From the NCBI GenBank assembly GCA_013239625.1, contig MU053493.1, forward strand, positions 1,683,793-1,747,792: a DNA stretch of 64,000 nt. Direction: 5' to 3'. The position numbers and the translations under genes are program-made. Positions 38,545 to 51,842 of the stretch are shown piece by piece. Source of the stretch: Lama guanicoe. Taxonomy: Eukaryota. The notes beneath the pieces were generated by a model, which was given only the letters and a program-made list of their open reading frames with translations, did no database searches and was not told the DNA's origin. Numbering within the stretch: the first letter of the stretch is position 1; every line of letters starts with the position of its first letter.

Positions 38545-40436
38545 GTAATCCTGTTAAGTTTTATCAGATTCTGGATTTTACACTGTGTTTGCCAGTTGCA
38601 GCTCTATATGGAAGTTCTCATTTCTCACTTGCTCAGTTTTTAATTTTTTTGGGTTTTTTAGGGGAAGTTATTTGATATCTCCTTACGTAAAGTCAAAGCC
38701 GGGAATGTTAATAGAACTATTTCCTTGGACTAGTTTATGGCTGCTTTAAGTATTCTACATAATTTTTTTATCAGCTCCTAAAATATGAAAAACTATCATG
38801 GATGTCTTTTACATTAAGACCATTACTGGCTTTTTTTCCCCCCCTGGGTTAAAAAGATTGAAAAGGTGGTGATATACTGTAATTGAGGTTTGGTAAGACT
38901 TTTAATTCTGTACCTCAGAATTTTATCAACAAACTAAAGGCTAGACTTAGGTTACATAAGGGCTACGTAATTGTAGGGACCTAATAATTATTAGCACTTT
39001 AAAGAAATTTTCATGAATTAATAATTTGATATTCCACAGGGGCAGCTAAAAGCTAAGGACTTTTTAATTGGCTTGTTTTCCCTCTGCCTTCCGGGGAACA
39101 TTTATTGCAAACTCATGGAGTAAGATTCAAAGGCAGAAATTCCTACTTCTTGGTTTCCACATTTTGGTGTTAGCAGAGGAGTGAAGCTGACGGTCCTAAT
39201 GCCCCTTGAGCCAGTCTCTGGTGCAGCAGATGCAGAGAATAAGAACAGAATTTCCAGGGGAAGCCTGCTCTCCTATACGGGGCACAGGGAGGCAGTGAGG
39301 GAGCTTTTTGTACCACCAAAAGTGGTGCCTTTGTGTTCCATGGTCAGGAGACTTACTATAGTGAATGTTCTGTTGATAACAAACGAAGCTGTCAGAAAGA
39401 TCTTAAGGCAGCTGTCTTCATATACTTTGGTGAGGAAGCGATAGATTTATTTTTAGAACTAGAGTCAACAGTTTCTTCACAGAAGGGCAAACATGAGATG
39501 AATATCTAAAAATGCCTGACCATTGCAACTAGGTTACATAGCAGAGTGATGGTGGGATCCACAGCTGAAAGTTGTCAAGTAGAGTACGTGACCATCTGTC
39601 TGCATGCTGTGGTGTGGAGAATTCAGCTGGAAGACTTTGATGGCCCATTTCAGCTGTTCAGTTCTGCAGTTTGTGATTTTGGCATTTTACTAATTTAAGA
39701 TGCCTATTCTTATATAGAAAGACTTAAGAAATTAATTAGGTAGCAGACTGTATGTAAAACAGTTGAGCCAGGTTACTTTTTTTGAACTTAAATATGGTTG
39801 TAATTTAATCAAAGCATCAGGACTCTGCTTATGAAACGGTTTACTTTAGAATGGGTAGCATCTCAAGAATAGAGGACACCATAGATCTGATGAGACTGAG
39901 TTCGGACAGGATATTTTTTAAGTAAGAAATTGATACAGTGGCCCAGTTTGGTTCTTTCAGAAAATTTACATCTCTCCTATTCTCTACTATTAATCTTAGT
40001 GATTGGAAATCATGATTATTTGGCTCATTTTGGTGCCATCTAGAATACTCGTTGGTCACTTTTGATGTGTGAGGCAATGTGCTAAGTTTAGTTGAGGAGA
40101 TAAACATGAACAAATGAAAATTAAATAGCAGTACAAAGTAGCAACATAAAAGATGAGTTTCCAAATGAGTGAAAGAGGTAAAAAGTGCTCTGGAAATTCA
40201 GAATATCCTTATGTGTTGTTGCTGTTAAGTGTTACAGTGGGCCTTATTGAGCTGTCTACACAAGACACGCTAGGCTGGTCCAGTTTCTTATGTTCTTTCC
40301 CAAGACCAAGTTTGTGGCAAAAATCCTTTTCCTACTGTCTTAAAATATAAAAAGCAGTTACCTCAGACCGAAAAGAAACACTCTTTTTGTTTTTGTACAG
40401 TCATAAGGGGGGCAATACAGGCATTAAGAATATAAA

Positions 40437-40503
40437 ACAAGACATTACGCTGTACACCAGAAATTGACACAGTGTAACTGACTATACTTCAATTAAAGAA
40501 AAA
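40437..40503 (+). mobile_element. Very short L1 3' end with TSD
   Basis: gctgtacaccagaaattgacacagtgtaactgactatacttcaattaaa + A tail, flanked by aagaatataaa at 40426-40436 and 40504-40514. Confidence 0.75.
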
Positions 40504-42489
40504 AAGAATATAAATGGAGATATTTTACTCTGATTGACATGTTTTCAAACACAGAGGGTTAAGTCATGTATGGCTGCCAAAGCTTCATGGCTTCATGAGT
40601 TAAATGATGTTCTAGCATACTCTTTTATTTTGAGTGAAAGTTTTCATCTAAAGTTAGGTAACAGTTGGGAAGTTGCAGCTTGATTTTACCTCCCAGAAAT
40701 TTTGAATGCTATGTTTTCTCTGGAAATGCTTTGATTTTTATAAATAGATTTAAAATGACCAGGTCCATGTTCCGAGTTCTCTGGTGGGTAAACCATAGAT
40801 TATTTTTGGAAATACTGAATGCAGTTATATTCCTGTTTGAATTGTGAAATCTTGACATGCTAAATTGGTTCACATTTTGTTAAATACTGCTGCAAAGCCT
40901 TCTGGTAGTCTACCTGGTATCTCCTAAATAGTATTATGACGGAATCAGATGACTCTGCTGCTGGATTCCTTAGCATTCATCCTCATTATCCTTGGGCTGT
41001 CATGAGTAAAGAAGGATATTTGGGGAAAGTCTGCTTAAAGAAAAAAGGAATTTGGATATCTAGAGTTGGACATCTAGCCTCAAAGCAACTTTGAGCCACC
41101 ATTTCCTTTTGAAGAACTTTTGCTTGAAACTGAGGGGCAAAAAATTGTTTGTGATTTATCACTTATAAAAAGACATATGTATATATGAATGTTATATATA
41201 TATATAAAAAGATGGTAAGTAAAATATATGCCATTTGTCTCCACTTTATTCTCAAATTATTTGGTTGTGAACCACTTGCTCAGGCGTACTTTCTAAAAGT
41301 GAAAATTCAACTCATCTATTTAAAGAACAAGCTGGCCTTTTCTGAATTGTCATTTTTGCCTTGAATCCACGACTTACTCCATGGTGGCTTTCAGACCACA
41401 GAAATATAGGAAACCAGTTCTGTTTGCCCGAGTGCTCGAACTGAACGTGGTTTGAGCTTCTCCAGTGCTGCCCCCAAGCTGGTCTGCGAGAAGGAACCAG
41501 CAGCTGTGGGTACTTGTGGCTTCTGTCCAGACAAGAGTGTCAGCCATGGTCCAAAAATCACTTCAAAAGTAGATTACTTTTTTTTCCTCCAATAAAGTAT
41601 TTACCATAATTTAATGTCTTTGATACCAAGAGTTTCTTCATTTCCTGTGACAGCCAGGGCAAATGAAGTATTTCAGAGGCAGTTTTTAAAGATGTAGAGT
41701 TCTTCTGAAATATTTCAGTGCTTAGGGAATACATTACAAAATTAGAATAATTTTACATAAAAATGAGACCTACTTTTTTAAGTCTCTTAAACGGTTAGTG
41801 ATGGAACCTAGGATTGTGGGCATAGGCGTTTTAAATAGTGTGTATGAAAAAGCTCAAGGAAGAGAACTCCTGGCTTTCTTTTTGTTCTCAAAGTGTCTTA
41901 CAGTGACAGCATGAATGTAACCCAGATGACACAAGTTGTGCGTGCCTTTGTCTGGGTCCCCAAAGATACCCCTTGCTCAAGGTACTTGATAAGTCATACG
42001 AGCTTGTAGTTACACTGCTGAACAACAACTTTAGTTCAGGCTGTGTCCTCTTCCCCCCAAACCAACCATCGTGCAAGTGATTAAAGTGAGTTTGTTTCAC
42101 AATATTTTTATAGTCTTCTTTAAATTTGGATGTTCTTAGATAAACTCATTTATTTCCTAACCTTTATAAATGTGATGTTGTGCTATTTTTAAAGGCTTTT
42201 TAGAAACGGGCAATGTTGGCTTTTGCCCAACAGGTAGACTTTGTTTTTGCTTTGTGGCCATAAAAAACATACTCCATCAACAATGATCTGTGGATTGCTT
42301 TTGTATAAGCAAGGCCCATGACTGCTTTCTAAATGTCACAGAGAAAGTGGTATCTAGTATTATTGGCTTGGAGCATTTTCCTGAGTATATTAGGAACTAA
42401 TTTTGCTAACTAGTATTTTTAGTGCAGCTGCTATTAGGCACAAAGCATCTCCAGAAAGCTACCGAAGAGATGGCAGAAATGCAGAGGTC

Positions 42490-42800
42490 TTCGGGACTTT
42501 ACTCAGGTCTGCGCAGAGAGGTCTTTCCTGGTCTCCTTCTCCAAGTTATTAACCGACTCTCTTCTTCCCTCACCATAACACTTCATATCCTCTTTCTTGC
42601 TGGATTTGTGTTTTCTCCTGTAGCACTTACAATTCTCTAATTTACTATAGTTTTTCTTGTTTATCTTGTTTAGTGTCTGTCTTCCTTGGTAGAATGTAAG
42701 CTTGATGAGAACAGGGATGTATGTCCATTTTGTTCACTCCTGCAGCCCAGGGCTTAGGACACGGTGGAGGCTTAGTAAGTATCTGTTGAGTAAATGAGAC
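42490..42800 (+). mobile_element. LINE-2 3' end
   Basis: tagaatgtaagcttgatgagaacaggg...ttttgttcactcctgcagcccagggcttagga...tagtaagtatctgttgagtaaatga. Confidence 0.7.
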
Positions 42801-45012
42801 ATGTGGTGTCTACCCTTGGGGAATTGAAGTTAATGGTGGAAGAAAAACAGAGAACCCCTGTGTCCTCCTTTTTGTCCACAGTCACAACTATTGTGTGAAC
42901 ACCTGGAAAGTACAGCTGTAAAAGCACAGGTAACTAAAGGGAGACTTTACATTGGAGCTGCTGTCATTCAGAGAGAACAGAAAGATTTCTGCAGTCAGTA
43001 CCATGAAGCTGGCTCCTCAGTCTAGGAAGGCTTGTGAAGAGATGAGCATTGAACAGAGATGACAGTTTCAGAGAGAACGTGGTTGGCTGGGCAGTGGAGA
43101 AGGGTTTCTTTTCCCAAGCAGAGTGTGGCCGAGGTGGCCAGGACTAAGTCAGACAGAAGGTGCGCCAACATGTGTTCTCTTACTAGAGACTCCTGAGGGA
43201 TTGTGGGAAGGAAAAGGATGTCTGGTAGAGGAGAGCCGGTCTGGGGAAGAGTCAGGAATAAGATTTCATTTATTATGCAAGTATCTGGGCACCATAGCAG
43301 ATTACCCGGAGAACAAAGTTGGTCAAAATGTCATCTCCAGAGAAGAATTCTTAAGCATGGATTTCTTTTCTTTTCTTCCTTTTTTTTTTTTTTTTTAGAA
43401 TGTAGGGAAGCCCACAGAGATGTCATCAGGCGAGTATGGCTTAAGGACGTGGCTGTGTAATGCAGAAAAATGGGTCGAAAGTGAAAGAAGATCTTGAGAA
43501 AAGGGCAACAGAGCTTATAAACTAAATGTGAGGCCCAGAGGAGTAGGAAGTGATGAGGACTCTTTCAGGTGTAGATTTCAGTGGTGGAAGAAGTGCTTTA
43601 GAGAAGACTGTTGAACAGACGGGCCGGGAAGGGAGATCACTGTCTCCTAAGTTTCCTGAGTGGGGCTCTCATAGAATGCTCTCCTGCAGGCATTAAGATG
43701 AGCAAGATGTTACGTGACTTTCAAGGAGCTTTTGTTGTCTTTAGTCAAAACTAAAACTAATGATAACTCTGTTCTCTTAGTTGTATGCTTTAATTTGGTA
43801 AGACAGGAAACATTTATTCTATAGAAGACTTTTAAATTTTATTTTAAACAACCAACTGACATCTATGTACCGGTTAATAGAATTGCCATCAACCCCCCAC
43901 CCCTGCCCAGACACCACTAAATTGACTTGAACTAACAACTAAACTTTTCTTGCTTGCTCACTGTCAGAAATGTATCATGCTGGCTTAATGCTTTTTATTC
44001 TAAATATTTAATCTTTTAAAGTAAGATCGTCTGTTAGCCTCTCCTTGCATGTGTCTTCAATTTCTTCTTTCTTCTTTGCTCATTGAAGAGAATTTTCTCC
44101 CATAGTCTAATCCAGGGCTTTGTAAGCTTAGACATGACCCTTCCTTCTGTCCAACAGCAGTTGGGAGCAATAGCAACCACATTCCCATGTGTGGAGCTCC
44201 TCCAGAGACTAGCCAGGCCCACACTGGGACTGTTCATCCCCATCGCAGCCCTAGGCAGTACCTTCCACCTCTGTTTCACAGCTGCGCAAACCAGGCTCCA
44301 AGAGGTGAACTGACTGCCAAGGCATGTAACAAGGGGCTCGTAGAGCTCAGATTCAGGCCCTGATCTGCTTGATTCCAAAGGCCTTGTCTCAAACCATTTT
44401 ACTTAAACACAGTTTTTTTGTTGTTGTTTTGGGGGTTTTTTTGTTTGTTTTGATGTACTACTTTGAGCCACCCATGTACTTTTGGGGTTCTTTCTAATTT
44501 TTATCTTTTGTAAAAGATAAAATAAAATAAAATTGCAGCTTTTATGTTAAGTTTAGATTTTTAATCCATGGGGTATGAACATTAAAATTTCATACCTTAC
44601 TTTAAGGCCTCCAAATTGCTAGTATTAAATCATTGCAGTCCACCAAAAGTGAAACTTTTCTTTCTTTTTTTTAGGAGTGGATATGTCACTGCCCTTTTGG
44701 AGAATGCTTCGTTAGTTTCCAAGTTTTGCTTATCTGAATAAAATTACTTTCCTGTTAAAATTCAACTCAGCAAACACTTACTGAATACTTAACCATGTAC
44801 TCACTAAAGATTATAAACAGTGTCTTGGGGCACGACATTTAATGAGATACCTGGCCTTCAGGAGCTCTGTCCCGTTCTAGGTCACCAGGAAAACAAGTAA
44901 AAGTATCTGTAATCACTGCCCCAGAGTGATGCTCCCAGTGCTCAAGGCCTTGTTGTACATTTCATTTAACTAAGTGTGTTAAAATCAATTCTAAATGTAG
45001 AATTTTTCCTAG

Positions 45013-45103
45013 GTATGCCTTGCAATAGCTCATTATTCCCAGCCAACAGACCTCCAGCTACTCTTTGCATTTGAATATGTTGGGAAAAAATACCACAATT
45101 CAG
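45013..45103 (+). CDS. MTMR10: MTMR10 exon 6 (VCLAIAHYSQPTDLQLLFAFEYVGKKYHNS)
   Basis: cctag acceptor, gtaaat donor, 91 nt; LFAF motif. Confidence 0.95.
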
Positions 45104-46539
45104 GTAAATATGAAAATATTAAATATTGTGACTAACTTTACATTGTATACATTTTATTCTTATGTTTTATCAGAAGCCTCCAAGTACATGAGCTTTAATG
45201 ATTGTAGAATTATTAGCTTCATAACTGTTAAGAGAAGTAAGCTCTTTATACTAAAGGAGACAATATTTGTCAGATTATCTCTTAAAAAGTGGACTGTAAA
45301 CATAAGCTTGTGAGAATCATTTCAGATATTTCACCTGCAGTCACCGGCTTGTATTTTATGATGAAGGAAGATACGTCTCCCTCGCCCCCTCCCTTTAATT
45401 GGTAGCTTAAGTTAAAGTAATCTTTTAAGAAAAGTGGCAGAAAATTCAAAGGTAGTTGAAATGCATAATCTTTTTTGGCAAGGTGGGATTTTATGCAAAA
45501 GCTGAAGTAGTTAAACTTTAGCGCACTTCCTTAAGATTGTCAAAATGATGACTTTATATTTCTGAGTAAGAATCATGAAAGGAAGCTGAGCATTTGCCCA
45601 AAGGACAGGTAGACTTTAAACAGTTTTTATAAAAGTAAAATAGTTCTGTGCACATATCTATGTCAGCGATGGTATCACCAAGGAAAATTCCCAGCAATCA
45701 TGTACTTCTCTGCTTTCTTTTTGTATACAGATGTCATTTTGATCGACTATTTTTTTTTTAACAAATCTCTTAAAAGGATAGAGGAAAAACAATGAGATCA
45801 TGTCTCATATTACCCCCTTGTAGGTTAGTGACCGCACGCTGACTGGCCTGCTGAGTCACGTGCTGTCCCGCTCTTTAAGGAAGAAAGATGTATCAGTCAC
45901 ATGTTGAGAATGAAATGTCTGTTCACTCCAGCATGAACTGATTGTGGATCTTATAAATTACTAATTTTATTGATCTTTTACGTTTTGTTACCTCAAAACA
46001 TGGGTAGTAATTTAAATAATCTGTATAATAAAAGTTTATCCCAGTATCACTGTATTGTAAATACGTTAAAATGTAGGAACAGTACGTAGTATCTGTAGAT
46101 GCATTTGGTATAAGTACATCTTCACTCCTTTAACAGGTACTTGTGAACACCATAGAGATGATATGTGAAAGTCATAGTTTTTATCTTATGGTGCTATATT
46201 TATAGAAATTGGATAATAAAATACTTGTAATTTAATTTTTCTTATCAAAATGTAACTAGTTATAACTTAGGTTTGAACAATACAACTAATATTTCAAGTT
46301 TATATTTTTATATGAAGAAAACTCACTTACTGTCTAAAAATAAAGTCTTGTAGATCCTGTACTAGGAGTTAAGTGAATAATCCTTTGGCTCATCACCAAG
46401 CTACCAGCCGCGATCGTCAGGGTTCTCTTCATTAAGGTTCTCACCCAGAGTTGCAATAAAGTAACTGGTACGAGAGTTGTAAGAGAGAGTCTTCGATTCC
46501 CACTTAAATTTATTCCTGAAACAGACCAATTCTTGATAC

Positions 46540-48158
46540 TTTTTTCTGGTAGAAATCGATGCAGTCTGGTGCACAGATGCACACGTTCTGCACAATGTGC
46601 TGACTTGAGCTCAGCAGATCCAGTAACCTCCCGTGTGCGTTTGGTGACCTGATGCCTGCTTCAGTTACTTCTCATGGTTTTCTTCATCCATTCCTCGTGG
46701 GCATCTCTGGGTTGATAATACTTTAAATAGTTTATTCAATCCATAGCTCTTCTGCTACTGGGTTTTCTTACTCACGTCAGTCACTTCTTGTATCTTCTCA
46801 TACAGTGTTTGCAGATAAAATAACAATTGATAATGAATACTTAAAATATTCAGGAACACTTTATGTTACATCCTTCAGACTCCTTCTCCTTGAGAGGTAC
46901 TTCATAACCATAACACTTGGCCAAAGTTTTGTTAAGATTCCTCATAGGGTAACATCCTTTAATATCCTTCCATGCTGTTCCAGAAGCATAAACTGCATCT
47001 TTAAGATCAAAGGAAGCCTGAAATTTCCACACACTGCAGTCAGAATTCATTAATTTGTGAGTGAAAGATGCCCAATAATCCACCCTTGAACTTCTGGATG
47101 ACACCTTGATTGATTGGCTGGATTAAAGAAGTCCTTTTTGCAGGCAGGTAGGTGACAAAGCTGTTTCCACAAATAAGATCTGAAGTTAGAGGATGTCCCC
47201 TGCACTTACCTAAGAAAAAAGTCTTTTAGGTGGCCTTAGGCCTTCTGAGATTTTCTTTTCTAGTCGGCATCACTAGAGTAAAAAGCCATCTGTGAACTGC
47301 TCTCCAGTTCTCCGGGCCCTTCCGTGGGGATCCTACAGTTTGGGGAGACACACAGCGCCCGCAGGCTTTGGGGCACTTGTGCACACAGCCCCATGGGGGC
47401 ACTGGTGCACACCGGAATTATGGTTCTGTGTTTTCTCTTTTAACTTGAAAGAAACCACAAGGATGTAGTTTTCACCAGTCAGCTTATTATTGGATAAATA
47501 ATGTCCAGAAACTACAGATCCAGCTCTGTTATAAAGTTGGTGAGATGTCAGATTATGCTTCTCCAGTGGCCTGTGGCCTCGATGCCAGCAGCTCTCCTTC
47601 ATGATAACACACCGTGCTTTCAAGTGCTGTGACGTCGTCTCAGGTCAAAATGTGGACTCTCAGCAGAAAATCCACACTTTCAGCCGAGTTCTTTCATTTT
47701 GTAATTTTATCCTCCTTTTTTAAACATAGGTCTCTGTATTGGATTTTTCTTTAGATGCTTATTTGAAAACCACTAACGGAGAACAAAATCCATTTGACAC
47801 TTTAGAAATTTTTTTAAGTTTGTTACTTGTCAGTTTTCTTAATACTCTCAGTGTAGCTGTAAATGGTTGTGATCGGTCCTCGTATCTTGAGCAGCAGCGC
47901 GGCAGCCTTGTGCATCAGAATCCCTGGAGGTGCTTTGAGCAGGGCGCATCCTCGCTCCACCCCAGCCCTGCAAAGCCCCAGTCTCCCTGTTGGAGCCACC
48001 TTGTTGACTCGGCTCTCTTGAACCCCTTATTGATCACAGTTCTGTCTTTCCCCTTTTTCACCTTTTACGACTTCGAATTTATGCAGTATCATCAAAGCGG
48101 TAAGGTTTCTTTTGGAATGTTGACCTCTTGTTTTGTGTTTACTGTTGTGTGAGGCCAT
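46540..48158 (-). pseudogene. Decayed full-length JRK/Tigger (pogo family) transposase-like gene
   Basis: Minus-strand translation gives, in order: MASHNSKHKTRGQHSKRNLTALMILHKFEVVKGEKGE (from ATG 48158), MDFVLR*WFSNKHLKKNPIQRPM (47793 down), LEKHNLTSHQLYN, FFLGKCRGHPLTSDLICGNSFVTYLPAKRTSLIQPINQGVIQKFK (47219-47085), FDLKDAVYASGTAWKDIK, and KLWPSV. Multiple stops and frameshifts. The 3' boundary is approximate. Confidence 0.85.
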
Positions 48159-48789
48159 TGTACATGTGGAGGGGCTAATTCAGTGGAAACCCTCTGAGAT
48201 AATTTCAGCACGGGCTGGGATTGGCCCTCTGACCTGTATCACAGGAAGGAGCGAGGGTCAGGAGCACTCAGTTTCATTTCAGTTGCTGAGGAGAGATGTC
48301 CTAAAACCTCGTCAGGTGACTGTCAGGATCAGCTCTCCCTGAAATGAAGGGCTTGGCCAGTCTGTTGCTGCAACCCCGATTAGTAATCCACTTACAGGCA
48401 TAAGGCCTTTGGGACTCTGCAGAGCATGAAAATGTCCAGCCTCTCTAATGCCATAATAAGCCCTCACCAAAGATGTAAAGAGCGCAGTCCTGGTTGCTGA
48501 GAAACAGACAGGCTCCGAACAAGCAAAATGCATGAAATGGCAAACAATGCAAGACCCTGTGGAGACTCTCACTTGATGTTCAGAAAAATGTATCTATCCT
48601 TGGTCACGTCCTGAGACTCTATAACTTTTGCCAGTCTCATAAACAGTGAGTGTGTTCTCGGCCTCGCTTACTGAAGTGTGTGCCTTCAGGGCACTGAGAA
48701 CCCAGCTCTGGACCCCTGGCTAGGGGCACTTTAAAAAGTTTGAATGTGTTCCTTACGCTTTCGGGTGGTGGGCATCTCGTTGTGTGGGA

Positions 48790-49050
48790 GGACCTCTGTT
48801 GAGTATGGAATAGTAATGGCAGATATCCCTTCTGTTCCTGGTTTTATAAGGATGACGTTTGCTATGTGTTTGTGATAAATATCCTTGATCAAGTTAAGGA
48901 AATTCCCTTTTATTCCTAATTTGCTAAAATTTGTGATTTTTAAAATCACGAGCACATGTTGAACTTTGTCAAATATTTTTCTGCACTTGGGAGAGTTTTT
49001 CCCCTTTAATTTGGTCATTTGATGAATTATTTATATTTTCTAATATTGAA
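48790..49050 (-). mobile_element. LINE-1 ORF2 reverse-transcriptase fragment
   Basis: ORF 48731..49018(-) contains KIFDKVQH...SKLGIKGNFLNLIKDIY...ANVIL, a typical L1 RT segment. Confidence 0.85.
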
Positions 49051-49354
49051 CCAGCTATCTCTTTTTTTGCTGCTCTGGAACACTGTGTATAAAGTCAGAA
49101 TTGCCTGAAAATTCCATGGAGGTTCTGCCTTCTGGAGAGATCACAGCTCCCATGTTCCCAGCACGTCTGTGGTGGTTGTCACCCTAGAGAAGGTGCTGAG
49201 AAGGAGTGGCACTCCAGGATATGTGCTGAGAATTAGCATTTTAGTTTTTAACAAGCTCTGTTAAAATCAGAATCACTGGGTAATTCTGATGCCACTTAAA
49301 GGATAAAATTCAGGATTCCCGGTGTGGCACGTTAAGACCCTGCAGAATCTGGAG

Positions 49355-49550
49355 TGGCAGTGTCCAGTGGTGGAGATGTCCTGTCGTCTGCGTTCTCCAG
49401 GAAAGAAGCCACAGGCCACGCGTGCCTGTTGAGCACTTGAAAGGTGGTTGGTGCGACAGAGGAACTGAATTTTTTTTTTTAATTTTAATTTCAGTTTAAG
49501 TTTAAATAGCACATGTGGCTAGTGGGTACTGGTGGTTTTGGGCAGCACAG
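49355..49550 (+). mobile_element. MER3/MER33-like hAT DNA transposon
   Basis: ttgagcacttgaaaggtgg...gaggaactgaatttt...tttaaatagcacatgtggctagtgg...ggcagcacag. Confidence 0.75.
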
Positions 49551-51152
49551 AGTGAGAGTCTAGGCCCCATCTAATTTTCCAGGCTCTCTTCCACCATCCT
49601 GTGCATCTTTAACACTCTCGCTGTCTTTAGTTACTTGATGTTAAACAATTATACCACGTTCTTTATGTTCTGCTCTGTCCCGCATGCCTCTCTCCTCCTC
49701 ATCGGTCACCTGGCGACATTCGGCTCATTCCTTCAGACTCTGCTCAGGTGTGGTTGAGCCAAGAGCCTTTCCTGGCCCAGCCTGTCCACAGCCAGCCTGG
49801 GGTTTACTGCGCTCCGCTGGCTCCACCCAGCTACACCCAGCGCACCATGACCCACAGTGCACTCACCCTCTACTCTCTGTTAGTGCTTTCAGAATGAAGA
49901 TAAAATTTCACTCATTTTTCCATTTTCAGGCCTTAGCATATGGTAGGTTCTCAGGAAGTATCTGTCTTGCACCAGGTTTAGTAAATAGTTTATAGGAAGG
50001 GGCCTGTTCATAGGATGAAGGAGGGGTTTCATGGCTACAGAAGGAGTGGGAGTTAGGGGAGAGTGGGTCATAATCGTCAGAGCCACTTAGGTTTCCTGGG
50101 TTCTGCTGGAAAGTGAGCATGATTGACCACTGGGGCCTGGGTCAGTATCATGAAAGCATGGTTTACAGGAAATGTCTTGGGGCAGCTGAGGCTGGTTTGA
50201 GTGCAACAGAATGTCGTGTCACTAGACCAGGGACAGTTATGCCATTTGTCACCCCAGGTGGCCAGGCTGACTGCTGGGACCCCTTCTTTCTCTCTGGTCA
50301 CTCTGCAGGCCCTCCTGAGGCTGGAGGCAGGCTCCCAGGAGATCGAAGTGCTTCTCAAGTAGAGAAGGCTCCTCGCTAAGGAAATTCGGGCCTGGGCCCT
50401 CGGCCGAAATCTCCGGTGGGACTGGCACTCTGGTGGAGTGTAAGGAGTCCGTGTGAATTCATCAAAGACAAATCGAGTAGAGATAGGAGACCAAGAATTT
50501 TATAGTGAGTCAGACAGAAGAGGGATGAGAAGTCAGTATTAGAAAGATGAAAGGTTTGCACGGCTTGAGAATAGAGGTGATTATTGACTGCATTCATCTT
50601 TCCAACCGAAGTGTGTGGAGAAAATTAGCAGTGACTTGGATTGACCCACAGTTTGGGGCAGGGGGATGAGAGAGGCTTGTGCGTGGTTTCCATAGAATGG
50701 TGGGGACAGCAGACAGTGGAGAGTTAAGGAGACAATAAATGGAAATACTGGTGGCAGGCATTGTCCATCATTTCAGGAGGTGGTCAAAGGAAGGAGGGAA
50801 ATGCATCCTGTAGTGGCTGGAATGGTCCAGTGTGATCATATGCAAGTCTTTTCATTGCCGTGTTTGCCTGTTGGTGATTGAAGGCATTGGAGACAGAGCT
50901 GGTAAAGGACAGAATATCAGAGGAGCTGGGAGGGAGCTGGGCGAGGACCAGACACGATGAGCTGTTCTGAGAGCAGCAGGGTCTCAGGACTGCTGGAAAG
51001 GGTGGGATGGTCTCGGAGAGAGTTGAGAGACAGTCACGGACAAGGTGCCGCATCAGAGTATGTCTGTGACGGGAGGCACGGAGAGAGGAGAGGGAATGGT
51101 GGACGAACTGTGACTGTTGAAACAAAATGAATAATATTGCTTTTCCTTACAG

Positions 51153-51336
51153 CCAACAAAGTTAATGGAATACCCTCGGGAGGTGGCGGCGGCGGCGGCC
51201 TCGGAGCTGGTGGTGGCAGCAGCCTAAAAACTCCACTGTTTGAAACGTACTCAGACTGGGACAGAGAAGTGAAGAGGACAGGTGCTTCCGGGTGGAGAGT
51301 TTGTTCTATTAACGAGGGTTATATGATATGCACTTG
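51153..51336 (+). CDS. MTMR10: MTMR10 exon 7 (ANKVNGIPSGGGGGGGLGAGGGSSLKTPLFETYSDWDREVKRTGASGWRVCSINEGYMICT-C)
   Basis: ttacag acceptor, gtaagc donor, 184 nt, phase 1 to 2. Confidence 0.96.
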
Positions 51337-51842
51337 GTAAGCCCGACTTTCACTGTGTTACTTACTGGGAGTGACTGCTTGTGAAGAGTAATCAAACTCT
51401 GCTCTCAATAACTTTCAGGTTGTGGTTAGTGTCATACTTACTTTTAATATCGCTTTAATGAAGATTTTATTTTAAAGATAGGGACTTTTTTTTAACATAA
51501 TAACAATGACAGTATCTATTATAAGAAATTGACGGTAATTCCAGTAGTATTGTCAGTAATCTAGTCTGTGTTTATTTGCAATTGTATCTCGTATACATGT
51601 CTTTTAGAGTTGGTTTGTTCAGATCAGGGTCACACTGAATTCGTTTGATCTGTCTGTTCTTAGTCTGTGACAGTCTCCCCCATCCCTTTGTTACCTGGCA
51701 TTTTTTGTTGATAGAACCAGGTCATTTGTTCTGTGGACTTTGTCACTTTCTAGATGTTGCTGGGTTTATCCCTGTGGTGTCCTTCAATGTGTTCCTCTGT
51801 CTACTGTATCTAAAACGTTAGCTCTAGAGGCTTAAATAATTA

